Origin: Hyalangium minutum
GTDB lineage: Bacteria; Myxococcota; Myxococcia; Myxococcales; Myxococcaceae
Reading direction: 5' to 3'
NCBI RefSeq assembly: GCF_000737315.1
Contig: NZ_JMCB01000001.1
Location: forward strand, 558,001 to 622,000
DNA: 64,000 bases
Made by a program: the position numbers and the translations under genes. How positions within the stretch are numbered: position 1 is the stretch's first letter; every line of letters starts with the position of its first letter. Below the pieces are notes generated by a model, which did not search any database, had not been told where the DNA came from, and saw only the letters and a program-made list of their open reading frames with translations. Shown here one piece after another: positions 62,016 to 64,000 of this stretch.

Positions 62016-62040
62016 GCGGCTTCGATTCCCGCCACTTCCA
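62016..62040 (+). repeat. Degenerate tmRNA-3'-end-like segment (att-like remnant)
   Basis: GCGGCTTCGATTCCCGCCACTTCCA versus GCGGGTTCGATTCCCGCCGCCTCCA (22/25); related to the 14453-14477 and 16179-16203 copies. Confidence 0.55.
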
Positions 62041-62179
62041 TCCTGAGAAGCCCGAGACGTGGAGGTGCCACGTTCCGGTGGAGCACCCAAATCGCTGCGC
62101 TTAGCGCTGCGCGCAGGCGAGGGCTCAAGTGGATGCCCGTGCTCTGGGGATTCACGCGTCCCGTGCCCATTCATTGGGC

Positions 62180-63958
62180 ATGAGGTTCCCTCCCCTGCCC
62201 CTGAACCTTGAGTCGCGCCGCGCTCAGGTGTTCCCCGTCCTGGACGCCCGGGACCGCGAGCGCATGCAGCGCTTCGGTGAGGTCCGGCGCTTCAGGGAGG
62301 GTGCGTGCCTGGCTGCGGCGGGGCGGCCGAGCCCCGGGCTGCTCGTCATCGCCCAGGGCCGCGTAGCCCTGTCCCGGCGCGATGGCTTGGGGCACAGCGT
62401 TCCCATCGTGGAGGAGGGCCCGGGACAGTTCCTCGGCGAGGTGGCCCTGCTGTCCGGACGCCCCGCGCTCGTCGACGCTCACGCGGTGGGCGAAGTGGAG
62501 GCGCTGGTCATCCCTCCGCACCGTCTGCGCGCGCTGTTCGTGGCGGAGGCGGACCTCGGCGAGCGCATCATGCGCGCCCTCATCCTGCGTCGCGTGAGCC
62601 TGATCCAGACGGGTGCGGGCGGGCCCGTCCTGGTGGGCCCTCCCGAGTGCGCGGGCAGGGTACGTCTGGAGGGCTTCCTCTCGCGCAATGGCCACCCGTA
62701 CCTCGTGCTGGACCCGGCGCGGGACGCACAGGCGGTCTCACTGCTCGCGCGCTATTCGCCGCGCGCGGAAGAGCTCCCGCTCGCGGTGTGCCCCGACGGC
62801 TCGGTCCTGAAGAACCCCTCGGAGAGCACCATTGCCCGGGTGCTGGGTCTGCTCTCGGAAGTGGCCTTCGAGACGCTCTATGACGTCGCCGTAGTGGGCG
62901 CGGGTCCCGCGGGGCTCGCCACCGCCGTGTACGCGGCCTCCGAGGGACTCCGGGTGCTCGTCCTGGACCAGCGGGCCTTCGGGGGGCAGGCGGGCGCGAG
63001 CTCGCGCATCGAGAACTATCTGGGATTCCCCACGGGCATCACCGGTCAGGCGCTCACCGCGCGCGCCTTCGTGCAAGCGCAGAAGTTCGGCGCGGAGATG
63101 GCTATCCCGGCAGAGGTCGCCTCGCTTCGCTGCGAGGCCTCCGGCGCGCCGCTCACCCTCGAGCTGACCGATGGGCGGAAGGTGAGCGCACGGACCGTGG
63201 TCGTGGCCAGCGGAGCACGCTACCGCCGTCCTGCGCTCGCGAACCTCGGCCAGTTCGAGAGCCGCGGGGTCTTCTACTGGGCCAGCCCCATCGAGGCGCG
63301 CATGTGTGAGGGCGAGGAGGTCGTGCTCGTGGGTGGTGGCAACTCCGCGGGCCAGGCAGCTGTGTTCCTCGTGGGCCATGCACGCCGGGTGCGCGTGCTC
63401 GTGCGCGGCCAGGCGCTCGCCGAGAGTATGTCCAGCTACCTGATCGAGCGCATGGCCGCTTCCCCTCATATCGAGCTGCTGATGGAGACAGAGGTGACGG
63501 GGCTGGAGGGCTCGAAGGAGCGCGGCTTGCAGAGGGTGCGCTGGCGTCACCGGCCCAGCGGACGCGAGGAGGAGCACGACGTGCGCCACCTCTTCCTCTT
63601 CATCGGGGCGGATCCGGCCACGGAGTGGCTCACGGGCTGCGGGGTGGCGCTGGACGCGAAGGGCTTCGTGCGCACGGGCGCGGAACTCCGAGAGGAGCCG
63701 CCCCAGGCGGCCACCTGGGAGGCCACCGGGCGAACGCCGTTCACGTACGAGACAAGCCTGCCCGGCGTGTTCGCCATCGGCGACGTTCGCTCGGGCTCCG
63801 TCAAGCGCGTGGGCACAGCGATTGGCGAGGGCTCGGCCGTGGTGGCGCAATTGCACGCCTACCTGGCCTCCACCGCCGAGGTTGAATCCCGGCGAAACCC
63901 GGCCTCCGCCCGAGGCACCTCACTGGCAGAAGGAGAGAGCGATCATGTACGCATGTGA
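62180..63958 (+). CDS. Thioredoxin-reductase-like FAD oxidoreductase with N-terminal cyclic-nucleotide-binding domain
   Basis: cNMP domain (GPGQFLGEVALL); VVGAGPAGL, SSRIENYLGFPTGITG, VGGGNSAGQAA, PGVFAIGDVRSGSVKRV; YWASPIE in place of the CxxC. Confidence 0.9.
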   Translation: MRFPPLPLNLESRRAQVFPVLDARDRERMQRFGEVRRFREGACLAAAGRPSPGLLVIAQGRVALSRRDGLGHSVPIVEEGPGQFLGEVALLSGRPALVDAHAVGEVEALVIPPHRLRALFVAEADLGERIMRALILRRVSLIQTGAGGPVLVGPPECAGRVRLEGFLSRNGHPYLVLDPARDAQAVSLLARYSPRAEELPLAVCPDGSVLKNPSESTIARVLGLLSEVAFETLYDVAVVGAGPAGLATAVYAASEGLRVLVLDQRAFGGQAGASSRIENYLGFPTGITGQALTARAFVQAQKFGAEMAIPAEVASLRCEASGAPLTLELTDGRKVSARTVVVASGARYRRPALANLGQFESRGVFYWASPIEARMCEGEEVVLVGGGNSAGQAAVFLVGHARRVRVLVRGQALAESMSSYLIERMAASPHIELLMETEVTGLEGSKERGLQRVRWRHRPSGREEEHDVRHLFLFIGADPATEWLTGCGVALDAKGFVRTGAELREEPPQAATWEATGRTPFTYETSLPGVFAIGDVRSGSVKRVGTAIGEGSAVVAQLHAYLASTAEVESRRNPASARGTSLAEGESDHVRM

Positions 63959-64000
63959 TCATCTGGCCAATGCAGCGACGAGACAATCGGGGGTTGTCCC
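63945..64000 (+). CDS. Start of a probable UBP-type zinc-finger protein (runs off the window)
   Basis: AAGGAG RBS, MYACDHLA...; CxH start and position after a cNMP-TrxB gene fit this family; only about 18 codons visible. Confidence 0.45.
   Translation, partial: MYACDHLANAATRQSGVV

Overview
High-GC window from a myxobacterium-like genome (inferred from the lipoprotein families, gene content and codon usage). About 50 real CDS; most long ORFs in the supplied track are antisense shadows. Housekeeping and accessory modules: gamma-glutamyltransferase, NDH-2, three GSTs, M28 peptidase, hmuTUV heme uptake under a Fur-like box, quinol-dependent NO reductase, a PIG-L/SSS/GltS operon, GapN, the bacillithiol operon bshC-bshB1-bshA, an ECF42-type sigma factor with its DGPF partner, a selenocysteine formate dehydrogenase operon (UGA plus SECIS), an ECF/anti-sigma pair divergent from a SulP-DabA-DabB-NuoM-like inorganic carbon uptake operon, and a cNMP-domain thioredoxin-reductase-like gene. 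The most unusual element is at 38268-39418: a coiled-coil protein of unknown function followed by about 400 nt of structured non-coding sequence. This sequence holds two circularly permuted tRNA cloverleaves (YrlA- or two-piece-tmRNA-like topology), hexamer-periodic tracts and a terminator, with no Ro60/TROVE gene in the window. Other highlights: matching back-to-back ECF promoters linking the ECF pair to the DAB pump, a stand-alone proteasome-beta-like Ntn protein, and dispersed tmRNA-3'-end-like and 47-bp repeats that bracket accessory cassettes. All family calls come from motif recognition by eye; no database searches were run.
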